From assembly GCF_011386835.1 (NCBI RefSeq), contig NC_088793.1, positions 196,912,001-196,976,000 on the forward strand: a stretch of DNA of 64,000 bases, written 5' to 3'. A program made the translations under genes and the position numbers. Shown here piece by piece: positions 1-13,437 of this stretch. Each line of letters begins with the position of its first letter. The stretch's first letter is position 1. This stretch comes from Chrysemys picta bellii. Its lineage: Eukaryota. The notes beneath the pieces were generated by a model. It made no database searches, was not told the DNA's origin, and saw nothing but the letters and a program-made list of their open reading frames with translations.

Positions 1-901
1 AAGGGCAGGGAACAGTGGGGGGCAATTTTGCTCAGCTTAGCTCCCTGTGGAGGCAGGACAGAGCATATTGAAGAGGGAGACCAAGAGGGAGAGGAAGCCC
101 CCTTTCCCTCCTTCCCTCAGTCCATGCAGAGATAGGCAGGAGCACATTAGTAGTCCCAAAAAGGGAGGGGGAGTTACCTAGTTAGTCCACTCTAAGGGAC
201 ATACTATCCTGGGGTATAGGTAGGAGGAGAAGGAGGGAGGGAGACAGCAAAATGCCCCCCCTCCTCCCGACAGCAACTGAGTTGTGATGATTGGGTTAGG
301 GGCTGGCTTCAGATTTTTGCTTAGGGCGGGCAGGGCAGACCCAGGGAATTTTCACTTCTCCCTTTTCTGTCAGGCTCAGCTCAAGCACTGGGGGGGAAAG
401 GGGGAGATTCAAAGGCTGCACAGGGCATATGTAGTGGGGGTGTCAGAGTCAGTGGCAAGCAGTCAGGAGTAGTGGCCATGCAACTGGGGCATAGGGCTGG
501 TGCTTGGACGGGGCGGATGAGCCTGGGGGTTTCTGTTTCATTAACAAAGGCAGCTCCCTCTCCTCCCCAGGTTCATGGTTTGGGGGACTCCAAGGGAAGC
601 CAACTTCTACCTCAGTCAGCAGGAATTTTCATGAAAGTGATTAAGGCTGTTGCTTCTAAGGTTGTCTTCACAGCATTCGGAGTTTTCAAAGTATACAGGA
701 TTGCCTAGAGCATTGGTGTTTGTCCCAGCTGAGTACAAGACCTGAGAGCAATGATGAAAGCAGGGGTGTGTCAGTGCAGCAACAGATACATGTGGCATTG
801 GGTGCAGACTTCGGGAAGGCGCAGGCATGCATGAGGGCAGGCATGTTAGCAGATTTTGGGGTGCATGCAGCATGTTCAGCCACTGCGGTAAGGAAAGAGT
901 C

Positions 902-1024
902 TAGAGTTGCCAATCCTCCAGGGTTGGCCTGCAGTCTCCAGGAATTAAAGATTAATCTTTTAATTAAAGATACGTCATGTAATTAAATCTCCAGGGATAC
1001 GTCCAACCAAAACTGGCAACCCTA
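902..1024. mobile_element. Short non-autonomous hAT element (MITE)
   Basis: TIRs tagagttgcca / tggcaacccta; degenerate 8-bp TSD aaagagtc (894-901) / acagggtc (1025-1032). Confidence 0.75.
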
Positions 1025-1087
1025 ACAGGGTCCTGGGGGAACCAGAATAAATCAAGTGCCACCTACAAGTTGGCAAGGGCACTACTT

Positions 1088-2655
1088 CCAGTTCAGCTAG
1101 AGATGTTAAAGGTGCTCATTTGGAAGTACCTTAATAAAGCAGATGGGGGCAGATTACCATGGCTTTAGGATTCTGTTTATGGGGACTATAAACAATACAC
1201 TGTCAAACAAAAACATTAGACGTCCTGGGCATGGATGGCGTATGTAAGCTGCTGTCAAACAAACACATTGTAAGTTGGGGGCATGGTTGGGCGATGTGGT
1301 TTAAAAAAAAAAAAAAGAAACAGGATAGCAGGGCCCTTCATACAATGGCCTGTACATAACATGCAGGTTTTCCTCCTGGGGCTTGGTCCACAAATAGGCT
1401 CCAGGATAGTATTCATTACTTTATTACCTTTCCTGGGTTTATACTGGCCTAACAGATGCCTTGCCTCACTTTTACATAACGGGTTTCAGAAGCTGGCACC
1501 AGGAGCCAGCCAAGAACCTAAGTGGATGCCGCTAGCTACATGGAACCGGGGTGAGGGCGGGGGTGGGGGGGGAGGATGGTTAGCAACATAGCATGGAGAT
1601 CCACTGCCTCCATTCACATGGCAGAGCTATGAGACACGTTTTAACAAATTCAAGCAATTACAAAAGCAGGAAGGCTGGTCACCGAATGGCCCATTACAGA
1701 GCAGCGGGTTCTGTAGTACATGGCCTCATAGGCAATCTGTCAACTGACACCCTCAGAAATCTTGGAATCACCTCCCGGCTGTTACATTTGTCAATGGCTA
1801 CATGGTTATCCATATCCACACAGCAGTTTTCACTCAAAGGTGTCTGGCAGGGTGGTTGTATTGCTATGGCCCCATGCAGCAGTCATATGGGCACATCACA
1901 GGTAACATTCTCAGGAATCTATGCGGCCTTGCTCAGAGCAGCATTCCTAAAAGCAATTTTGGTGCTTTCGGGATCAGCGAGCTAATGCCTGGGTTCTGTA
2001 GGGGCACTGTGTGTGGAGGGTGGGGGTGGGAGGGTCTTGGAACTGTGTGATGTACACTGGCAGGGACAATCAGGGATATTAAACTTGCGATGGTCAACGA
2101 CTGATGAAGGAGCCTGGGAGCATTTGTTATCTTCCGGAAAGGCTGTGAGCTTGGTTCTGCCCCCACGGAATTTGGTTCCCACTCATCTGCAATCAGGGGC
2201 CACAACAGCAGTGGTACAGTTGGGTATGGGGGCAGAGGCAATTCTGACAATTGGGCACTGGCATTCGGAAGCATACAATACATGTGTGCAACCTTGGCTG
2301 GTAAGTCAACATTAACGTATTATGATTTCATTCCAGATGTTGGAAGACTGGCCATGGAGGTGGTGGTATGGATCTGTGGGCACAGGTTGTTTTTCTTACG
2401 CACAAAGGCGGACATTCTAGTGACCTTGAGTGTTGGCAACCAGGGTCCAGCGATGGGGTGAGTCTGCGTTGGCATGGAAAGAGAAGCATGTTATTGGACC
2501 AGCTGATGCCGCTGCTGTCCGCCCTAGGGGCCCATCAGCAGTCACCAGCATGATGTGGCAAACCTTGGAAAACATGATTTGGGAATGCGTAAAGGAGTTC
2601 AACTACTGCCCAGAACAAGAAGGGACTATACTGACATGGTCTTCATTACTTTCTC
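1088..2655 (+). mobile_element. Decayed Ngaro-type (DIRS order) tyrosine-recombinase retrotransposon: RT, YR and SGNH-hydrolase remnants; may extend upstream to the window start
   Basis: Fragmentary translations: PVQLEML...HGFRILF (1088-1180, ORF2 start-like); RIAGPF...LLGLGPQ (from 1322, RT GPF..P..SPLG.VPK-like); FGAFGISEL (1958-1984, YR box I FGAFRISEL-like); HLQSGATTAVVQLG..AILTIGHWHSEAYNTCVQP (about 2183-2296, YR box II); VVVWICGH, SLRWHGKRSMLLDQLMPLL and ILTWSSLL (2354-2650, SGNH-like). Confidence 0.72.
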
Positions 2656-5600
2656 ATGGTCCATACCTTCCTCTACTATTTTCAATAAACACTGATTAAA
2701 GTAAATTACAATCCTGGCTCTACTACTGACTCCCTTAGCCCTGGGCAAATCCCAACCTCTGTGCATCTCAATACACCCAAATAACTAAGGTATTGTGAGA
2801 GGCAGGGTTTTATTGGGGGAGGGTTTTTGTTTTGTTTTTTTTTAAGTACTATGTAAGTGCTAAGTACTAAAGAACAATTAAGTAGTGCAGCTGTGTATTA
2901 ATCATTGTTGATTTGGTGTCCCTATGTTTGTTTAATTATGGGCTTACTTTCTGTATTATTTTCTTGCATGCTTCAAAAAATCCCTTTTTATTCCCCTTAA
3001 CTCTCATTAACTCATTTTGCTTCTAGAATGGAATGTAATAGCTCTTTAACAGCTCACTGCAAATTTACAACAGTTTATTCACCTTTTGTTGCTGTACCTC
3101 TCAGTCTTCCTTATTATACAAATTAGAAGTGTATGTCTGCCTTTTGGCATTAAATAAATGCCTTCCCTTTCCCTTTCCTACATCCTTTGAAGTCCGCCAC
3201 CTCTAACTAGCTTGAATACTGTAGCTCTGAACTCAGCAAATCATAAATATAGCTTTAAACCAGATGAAAAAAAAAATTCCTAGTAGGCTTTGGCATCCAG
3301 TCTACCAATCATGGATTCAGGATTTACACATAGAACTACCAAACATAAAGTTCTATTTTTCTATCAACATACAAGTGATTTATATATGTCAGTGACTAAA
3401 CTGACCTTCATAATTACACACTGTTATTGGAAATCAGAGTCATGTCAGATATTTTTGGTGGTAACCTTTCAAAGGATGAAAACGTTATCAACCAAGCTTT
3501 ATGAGAAGTTTCCATATGCATTACTCAGCAGGGCTAAACATATATAGGCATATTACATTCTCAGACCATTAGATTATTTTAATCACGGCTAATTTTAAAG
3601 ACTGGAGTATGGTCTTCAAATTCTTAATGTTAACCTGTACATGGAAGAAGCAAGTTTTCACACCTTATTACATTTATAGATTTATTACTGTACTTGCATA
3701 TATTTATTTTAAAGTGGAACAAATGTATCTGACATAACAAAAGCAAAAACACATGGAATATAATTGTTGAGTTCAATAAATAAATGGCCATCTACCTAAC
3801 ACTCTATGCTCTGTTACACGTCTATTAAAATCAGCAAGTGAAATATAAAATTAAAAACTTTAACATATACTTTCATGTCAAAGCACATTCTCAAAGTCAA
3901 AATTCTATCTTTGACATATAGATTTTAAGGGTTACATTACTGTGAATTAAAACTAATCCATTACTGAAACAGAATAGCCAAATGTTGACACTTATTTTAG
4001 AATCAAGAAATGATAAAAGTAATTTTCATGACCCATTTTAAACTTTCAGTCAAAAAATCATAAATTAATGGAAGTTAATATAAACAGCAATGAAATAGTG
4101 AAGCTGAAATGTGATGGGGTACAATCAGAACAATTCAGTATATCATCTGCAAGGATATACATGAACTACTAATTAAGTTGTGCTTATCCATTTTGCACTT
4201 CAAGCTTTCTTTAAAACGATTACTATATCTTAGTTTCTATCTAGGAAAAAAGTCAATTTAGTGACTGTTTTGCCTCTCCATCAAAACATTTTTTTCTGTA
4301 CTGACTGCACAAAATGATATTTCATACCGTTAGCTTACAGTTTAAAGAATTTATAATGAAAATGTTATGCCATAACCCTGCACCAAATTCACAACTTCTA
4401 AAACTCTTCCAGTCCTAGTTTTACAATTTCTGATTTGTTTTTGACACTCTTGATAAGAGCAGAAAGGTAGGATTAGATAAAGCACCCTATTGTGTTTCTT
4501 CCATCCTACCACCTACATTCCATATATATATATTGTGCAAATACGTTGTATGGCTACTAATAGGATCCCAGGGTATTTTAAATGTGACTCTTGGGAAAAA
4601 AGGAGTTTCAGATACTTAAAAAACAAAAGCTCTGAAATTGGAATTAAGTTAAATATGTTACCTAAATGTTGGTGCATAACAATCTACAGTTTAATTAATA
4701 CAGCAGTTTAGGGTTCTGGCCTTTGTAAAAAACCATCCAGGGCTGAAGTAAACAAATAGTCTGCATTAGGTTTGTGGCTTTCTGTTATAAAACCTGTAGT
4801 GCTTTCTACCCTTAAGCACTTGTCTCATTTTTGTACACAAATTACATCTACTCTGCCAGACTATTTCTTGTGGCAGACAATCAGATCTGTCATGACATTT
4901 TTGTATAAACTTCATGTTTAAAAATCAGCTGAGGGTGAATTTAGGCTTGTCAGTTTATTTGAATATTACAAGTTCCCACGTCACGTAAATCATGCTTCTT
5001 TCCTCCAGAAGGTGGAGACAATTTTTTTTTTTTATTTGGGCAACTGTCACTGAATTAAAAAAATGTTTTATGTAACTGCTAAAGGAAAAAGTAAAAACCC
5101 AGCGTCAACCCTGTTGTACTGAGCTGCGTACTCAAACAGAACGATTTTTCCCATCTAACTTTCCAAATTCACCTCTGGGTACAGACCTAGCATGCAAATG
5201 TTCACTCCCAACGGTGAAAGGTTTATATAGTTATGAGCAAAGCTAGTTGCCGGTCATGTAAAATATAGGGAAAATCATAGCTTTTTGCCATGCGACAAAT
5301 GAAAGTTAACATTTTTGTTAAAAAGAGAAGAATAATGGTAAACAATAGAGATATTGGTAGTAATGCCATACTTAAAGATGCACTGAGATTTCAAATTAAA
5401 GCTACACTAACATCCTTAATCTCACACTTGATTGATCACATTTCATCTTCAAATTCCATGAAATAAAATAAATCTTATTAGGATATTTGAATTTAATGTT
5501 ATTTTTCATAAAGCATTTAGTAACTTTGAAAGAGGAAACATTCTTAGTTCTCTCTTTCTCAAGCACTGTCCTGAGGTTATTCATTGTTTGTTTTTCCCTA

Positions 5601-7020
5601 TAAAAAACCTACCAACACCAAATTTCATACACACACACACCCCAATAATTTCCTGGAGTGAGATGATGAAGGGCAGCGAGAGAAACAGAGACTTTTGGGT
5701 AGGTGGACAGAAGGTGGCAGCACAGATGTCCGAGGAGACAGGAAGAAGGCTTAGTGTAAGGTGGCAGGAAGGAGACAAGGAGAATGATGAGACTATGCAC
5801 CAAGCATTCAGATGTTGAGGAACTCTTCCTGGCACTGCTGTCTCAACTCTGATACATCAGCATCCAGGGATTGCACAGATGTTAGGCTCCTCTAATCCTA
5901 GCCCCAACACTTGGTCCTCCCAAAGTCAACCACCCTCTTTACTCCCTATTTGTACATGAACCATCCTACTCATTTAAGGCCTGCAACTCCTCACTGACCT
6001 CTAGTCTCCTTCCAAATAGGTGTACATCCTTTATGCCTCCTATGGGAGGGACAGGAGCAAGGGTGGACAGTGATGTATGAAAGTGGAGCCAAGATGCATG
6101 CAGGATAAAAATCTAACTCAACAAACAACTTTGTAACGCTGACCCTATACTTTTCCATTCATAAATAATAGATCATGGTTTACGTATATGGAAAATATAC
6201 CTATTTAGCTGAGATAGGAGTTAAAATTGTGTATTTGAGTTTGATTGACAAGAATTTTGTGTTTGCAGTGTGGTTGTGCTGGATGTGAGAGTAAGTTCTT
6301 GTAGAAGTGAGGAATCCATCAGTGTGTGTGTGGTTATAGTGATGCTTGTGTTTGTCAAGGCACATGAATTAAGGTTGCCTTAAGCAACCTCATTAACCTA
6401 ACTTAGCAAGATTTCCTTACTTTTAGTGATTTCAGTAGAAGGATATGACTCTTAAGCAATCTTAGCGCTAATTAAACAAACCGTTTGTTTGCAATTTTAA
6501 TTAATACTAAGTTAATAATGATTATTTACCATTACAAATGTTAAATAAGTCACTAATAGTTTTAAAATATAGCCAAATACTAAAAACATATCAAACATAG
6601 TTAACAATTTTAAAAACAATTGCTAGTATATCATCTTTTTTTATTAAAGATGTTCATCTTTTCCTAAACTACTGAGTTGAAAAACGCGAACTTATCGGTT
6701 ACTCAACCATACCCCACTGCGTTGGATTCATGTGGAGCCAAATTGGTATAAATTCCTAGAGTGACAAAGACCATGATCTTGTATTAGAATATTCTAAAAG
6801 TCACAATTTTTTGACATTGAAATCATGACTTTGACAAACATATAGCATTAATTATGAGAAACAAAAAGAGGGTATAAGCTTAACTTTTATGTATCTTTTA
6901 CTATAGAGATTTGCCACCAGCGTTCACTATAATGCATTTTTCTTTCCTTTTCATATTTGCCACATCTGATCAGCTATAATTACTTTTTCCAACCTTGATA
7001 TCCATGCTCCCAACAGATTC

Positions 7021-7965
7021 TCATAGACTTTAAGCTCAGAAGCAACCTTCGTGATCATCTTGTCTGACCTCCTGCACATTGCAGGCCACAGAACCACATC
7101 CACCCACTCTTGTAACAGTCCCACAACCTGTGACTGAGTTACTGAAGTCCTCAAATCATGGTTTATAGACAAGTTACAGAGAATTCACCATTTATACTAG
7201 TTTAAACCTGCAAGTGACCTGTGCCCCATGCTGCAGAGGATGGCGAAAAAACCCCAGGGTCTCTGCCAATCCAACCTGGGTGAAAATTCCTTCCCAAATA
7301 TGGCAATCAGTTAGACCCTGAGCATGTGGGCAAAACCCACCAGGCAGATACCTGAAAAGAATTCTCTGTAGTAACTCAGGGCCCTCCCTATCTAGTGTCC
7401 GATCTCCAACCATTGGAGATTTTTGCTACTGGTAGTCGCTAATGGGCCACATGCCATTGTAGGCAGTCCCATCATACCATCCCCTATATAAATTTATCAA
7501 GCTCAGTCCTGAAGCCAGTTAGGTTTTTTGCCCCCAATGCTCCCCTTGGAAGACTACTCTAGAACTTCATTCCTCTGATGATAAGAAACCTTCACCTAAT
7601 TTCAAGACTAAACTTGTTGATGGCCAGTTTAAATTTTTGTGTCCACATTGGTGCTTAACTTAAATAACTCCTCTCCCTCCCTGGTATTTATCCCTCTGAT
7701 GTATTTACAGAGAACAATTATCTCCCCTCAGCCTTCTTTTGATTATGCTATACAAGCCAAGATCTTTGAGTCTCCTCTCAAAGTAAGTTTTCCATTATTT
7801 GGATCATCCTAGTAGCCCTTCTCTGCACCTATTCCAATTTGAAGTCAGCTTTCTTAAACATGGGAGACCAGAACTACACACAGTAGTCCAGATGAGGTCT
7901 CACCGGTGCTTATATAATGGTACTAACACTTCCCTGTCTCTACTGGAAAAACCTCACCGGATGTA
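7021..7965 (-). mobile_element. CR1 LINE 3' fragment
   Basis: Typical turtle CR1 3' end (tcatagactttaag...tctgacctcctgcac) plus RT C-terminal coding remnant (gggagaccagaactacacacagtagtccagatgaggtctcacc). Confidence 0.85.
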
Positions 7966-10900
7966 TCAAAGGATACTTAATCTGGTGATTCAAAGCAATA
8001 CGTAAACATCTTACTGCCTGTAACCATTTATACATACGGGAACAAAGTCTTTTGCGACTCTTCCAGTGATCAAAGAGTACCCTGCGCGTGAAATTAGATT
8101 GGTTTTAGTAGGCATAACAATAAATGTTATTAAAGATTGTCTAATCTAATAGATTCAGTATGACTCTAGAAGCCAAGAGCTCTTGGGTTTTCAATTCCAG
8201 CTCTGCTACAATCTTTCATGCAATTTAAAGTTCCAGGGTTTCAGTTTCCCAACCATAAAACAGAGAGCACTTGTATTACCCACCTCAAAGGCACATCATG
8301 AGAATTAGTTAATGTTTACAATTAAAAGTGCTTCACAAACACAAAGTGTTATAGGAGTATTAAGTGTTATTATTGATCATAACATTATCATGTCCTATTT
8401 AAACTCCACGTATGGCATTTATCTCGAAACCCTCCTGTGGAAACATATGCTACAGGCTGAGCACTTGCTGGGTGAAGAAGTATTTCATTTTGGTGTTCTA
8501 TAGTTAGCTGGATACTGAAATCTGTGTACATTTGTAGCGAAACAAGAGAAACAGTTTGTTGCCACCTAAGATATTTACATTGAAGGTGTGATACTGTGAA
8601 GAAAAAACTCTCACTCTTTTGGGATGGCAAAAGTACAAATGTCAGCGATGCCAGCAGCATAGCACAGGAAGTAGTAAGTCCCACTTATATAGTGCCTAAG
8701 CAACATTTCATGTTGGATGCAACTGCTTTCCTTTTTTATGCTGGCAACTGCTGAATTTGCCTGAACTTTTTAGTGATTCTTTCTTTCTGTTTTTATACCA
8801 CATGCTCAGATACAGTATTGAAGGATTTAATTCATCTGGGTATCACTCCTTTATATGCCAGTTTACTTTTTTTTTTTACTTGGTAGTCAGACTTTACTAA
8901 GTTTTAAAGAACCATGTTTGTTATTTTGTTGAGATGGACAGACCTGGGGGCCTTTGCTGTAACTCTTGGTTCAAATGAAATTCAATCTTTCTCACACACG
9001 AACCTAGTTCATGTACAAGAGTCACCAACTCTGGTAAAATCACAAGAATGCATGCGTACAATGGAGGATTGAAACTCACTAACTCCTAAATCTGAAAAAA
9101 ATCTGAAAAAACAACAGAGGATTTTCACAGAGAGGAATGAAGCAATATGGGTAAAAAGGCTAGAAGGTTGGGGGTGGCGGGTGAGGCAGTTGTTAAGTAC
9201 TATATTAACATTCCATGGATAGGAGGAAACTTTACTCTAGGCCAAATTATTCAGACAGCTGTAAAGAAACACGCTGTAATGCATCCTGCTGTGCAGAAGA
9301 GGAAGGGATGAGAAAGTAGAGGCTCCCTTCTTCCCTCTTAGAGCTATAATGGAAACATTCAAACAGCCAAAATGACAACCAGTATCTAAATCCAACTGCG
9401 TAACTACATTTTCTCTTGATATTATGTTAAGGAAATCTCAACGTTTTGGTTTAACCTTATGATGTATCAGAATCAAAATAATAGTACCTTATAAATACTA
9501 GAGATAGATAAAATAGATATGTTTTGTTTTGGTAACTCCCTATACATACCGTTAAGGCAGATGCAGCATGCTAATGTTTGGGATGTTTTTCTTTAATATA
9601 GTTAAATATCGATTTACTATCCCATAAACATGACTCAGAGTAACACTGTATTTGTTTGCTGAACCAATGTTTCTAAGCACTGCCAAACAATTCAACATTT
9701 AACTTTTATTGCTAACTAGCTTGTTTCCAAATTTCTACATTGCAACAGTTTTCACTGATTTGAAAGGGGCATGACACAGAATTCGGTCACCCACTTAAAC
9801 GTCATGTGAAAAAAAAAAATCACAGGCAACTGATTCTCCCTCTGTAGAGGACCTATCCTTCCCATACCATCACCATCACAAACTCCACTGGCAAAAAACC
9901 CTGACACCCCCACCAACACACACACCCTTCAATAGTATTAATGATATATTGAACATCTTCCAAAGTGCTCGATTCCCTCCCTCTCAGCTGAAACAATGCA
10001 TTGCTGATATGCTTCTGTGACAGGATCAGGTGAATGGAGTCAAAAACAGGTTTACTCAATTAAAATGACTCAACTGTTATTTATTTACATATTCTACTAA
10101 TTAAAAACATGTTTTAACAGATTTTCTATTTAATCTTTACAGCCATGAAATGTTTAGCTTGCTGCAGAATCCACATATACAATGATCAGGTAGTAGTAGT
10201 GTAAGCCATTTAGCCAGGCTTTGCAATATTTATCTTGCAGTTATGCTAAGGCAGCTATTAAAAAAAAAAAAAAAACCCATAAATGACGCCCTAATGTAAT
10301 TTTCAGCTCCTCATTTGTGTGGACATTTTAACCCACAAAACAAGGTATTTTCAACAAAATGAAGTATTTTCAACATAGGTGTGTGTAGGTACATTTCTAT
10401 ATGTAATTTAATATAATTGTATTTTTTAAAAATTTGCTATCCATGAGGGGAATTGTATTCCCATTTTTCTTATGAAAAGACAGCTAATACCTAGACAAAG
10501 AACCTAAGTATGTTTGTAAATATATTTTGAGCACTACATACATGGATAAAAGGTTCTTAAAGTTACAAAAAAGCAATCTAAACCTCGTTATTTCTTGCTT
10601 TGATGTCCTACTATGGCTATGAAAGAGCAAGTATTTTATCAAGTACCTTAATATATTCCTCCAGCTTACTGTTTTCTGCCCTTTTTGTGGCTTTTAGCCA
10701 AATGGAATGAATACTGGACAAAGGAATCAGATAAACAGGAAGAAAGGGGCAGTGGTAGTGTAAGCCATTTAGCCAGTCTTTGCAATCTACTTCAGACAGT
10801 TTGAATTGAAACGGCCCACTGCTGATGCCCACCATTGCTCAATATTGAACATTCTTGCACAACAGAAAAGACCTTTCTAGCAGATATCTCCAAAGATCCT

Positions 10901-10975
10901 CCTATTAGCAAGACTTAAGAAGGTCTTTGTCATATCAAATATGCTCAGCTGCTTACCGCATGGTGAAGTAGTGTT

Positions 10976-11107
10976 NNNNNNNNNNNNNNNNNNNNNNNNN
11001 NNNNNNNNNNNNNNNNNNNNNNNNNNNNNNNNNNNNNNNNNNNNNNNNNNNNNNNNNNNNNNNNNNNNNNNNNNNNNNNNNNNNNNNNNNNNNNNNNNNN
11101 NNNNNNN
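10976..11107. other. Assembly gap (132 N)
   Basis: Run of N characters. Confidence 1.
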
Positions 11108-12399
11108 TCACATTGTTAGATTGGACAAAGGAATAAAGAAGAAATGTGACAGTTTCCAGGGAATTAAGGTCAGCAGATCAATTGCGCTAATGCTTTATTG
11201 TTATATGATAAGCAAGACTAGCTGAAATAATTTTTCATTTGCTAAAATTAAAAACATACTTTATTGAGCTTTTTGGTGTTTAATAAGTACAAAACAAATC
11301 TCTGAAGAGTAAAGCAATATGTGTAGAATATGTTAAATAGTCAAAAACTATTTAACAAACAAACTTCCCACCATCTATTTACTGTATATGCACATTTTAA
11401 AAAGCAGCGAATCTCTGGTTACATTCAGTTTCACATTTAACCCTAACGTCCTATTTTCACAAAATCATAATTTCTACTCTCAATTCAAGGTTTTGAGGAG
11501 GTATATTTCGGAAGAATATGTAAATATATTTCTGGGACTGCATTTTATAAAACTGTCTACTGTTACCTATCCTTCCCTTTTAGAGACTTCATCAAGTTGT
11601 GCAGTAATGAATAAGGTTTATATATTTATTTGGAACAGTCTGTGGAAGAGCAGCATATACTTTTGAATGAGAAAGAAAAAAAGATACAGGAACATACCCT
11701 AGCAAAATGCTATGTCAATTCTTATTCCAATTATTTACAACCTTAATAATTAGGAAAATTAGTACTACTTGCTTCACAATGCATAATTGCGTAAGCAATG
11801 TGCACTTTAAAGATGTGCCAGCAGAAGCCTCTATTTTCAAATGGTGCACAATTTAGCCAATAACAACTTGCTCTGCATTACAATTAATGATACAAAGTCT
11901 TTGGTCTCAAAGTCTTAGTCTAGAGACAAATATTTTTCAAATTAAAAAATAAAAAAAGGTTTCAATTTTAATTTTCTAGGTACCATCCAGTAGTTGTTAG
12001 GCCCCAAATTGTTAGTGGGTACTGAAAGTTCTTTAAATTCCAAAGATGTAAAGGTGTTTTAATGGAATTTTGTTTATCTATTACAGTATTCTCTAAAGGA
12101 AGAGATTACTTTTTGGGTAAATCCAAAAATAACATTTCTGGTTCCCCTGGTAGCATACATTAATTAACAAGTGTCGTTCCTACTGCAGGGGAAGCAACAA
12201 GGACACTGCTGGTACAAAAGGAAATGTGTTAGGGTATGAGAGTGGGCTTCTAAAGAGACATCATAAATAATTAAAACAGCTTTAGTCTTCTTTTTTTATA
12301 AAAAAAAATCCAAAGTTAACTGTTGACATAATAGACTTCTGTAATGAATGTGACTTAGTCCCACATGACATTCTGATACAAAATAGCACTATATAAAAA

Positions 12400-13437
12400 T
12401 AAATGTAGCCCTTATTAAACTGATTAAAAACTGGCTAACTAATAGATCTCAAAAAGTGACATTCAACACGAGTGTTTCTAGCGGGGTTCTGCAGGTATCT
12501 GTTCGCATACCACTGCTATTCAGTCTCTTCGTCAATGATCAGGAAGAAAGTATAGTATTCTTGAGGGTAACATTTGCACATTATACCAAAATGGGTGGAG
12601 TGGTAAGCAATGGTGTGGTCACATCAGTTACACAAAACAACCTGGATTGCTTGTTAAGGTAGGTTCACTTAAACAAGAAGTGTTTTAACAGAGCCAAATA
12701 CAAGTAATTAAATATAAGAACAAAGAACATAGCTTGCACGTATAAAATGGTGATTGTACCCTGGAAAGTAGTTACCCTGGAAAGGACTTTGGGGTCAGGA
12801 TACATGAGCTGAACGTGAGCTCTCCATCAGATGCTGTAACTAAGACAAACATGTTCCTTGGATGCACAATATAAGGAATTCCAAATAGGGTGTTAGTATT
12901 GCATCTGAATTCACAAGTGAGAGATTACTAGAACACTGTGTCCAGCTCTGGTGTCCACACTTCAAAAAGGATGTTGGTAGATTAGAACGAATTCAGTAGA
13001 TACCAACAAGGATTTGAGATCTAGCACCTTATAGTGAGAGACTTAAGAACCTCAATCAATTTATTTTATCCAAGAGACTAAGAGGTGATTTGATCACAGC
13101 CTACCAGTAGCTACATTCTAAGAGTTCTGATAGTAGACAGTTCTTTAATCTAGCAGAAAACTGATATTGAAAGTAAAGGGTCAGAAACAGAAGCTAGACA
13201 AATTCAGACTAGAAATAAAGGACACATTTGTAATAGTGAGAATAATTAACTATTGGAACACCTTTCCTAAGGAGGTGGAGAATTCTCCATCGCTTCATCT
13301 TTCTAAAAGATATGCTACAGGACAAATAAATTATGGACGCAAAGAAATTATGGGAGGCAGTTCTTTGAACTACATTATATGCAAGGTCAAATTACAGAGA
13401 TCATAATGGTCTTGGCCTTCAGATGTATGATCTATGA
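12400..13437 (+). mobile_element. Old CR1 LINE 3' portion
   Basis: Degenerate RT C-terminal sequence (SSGVLQVSV..LLFSLFVND; KLDKFRLEIK..F..VRIINYWN..PKEVENSPSL) ending in ...tatgatctatga. Confidence 0.8.
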
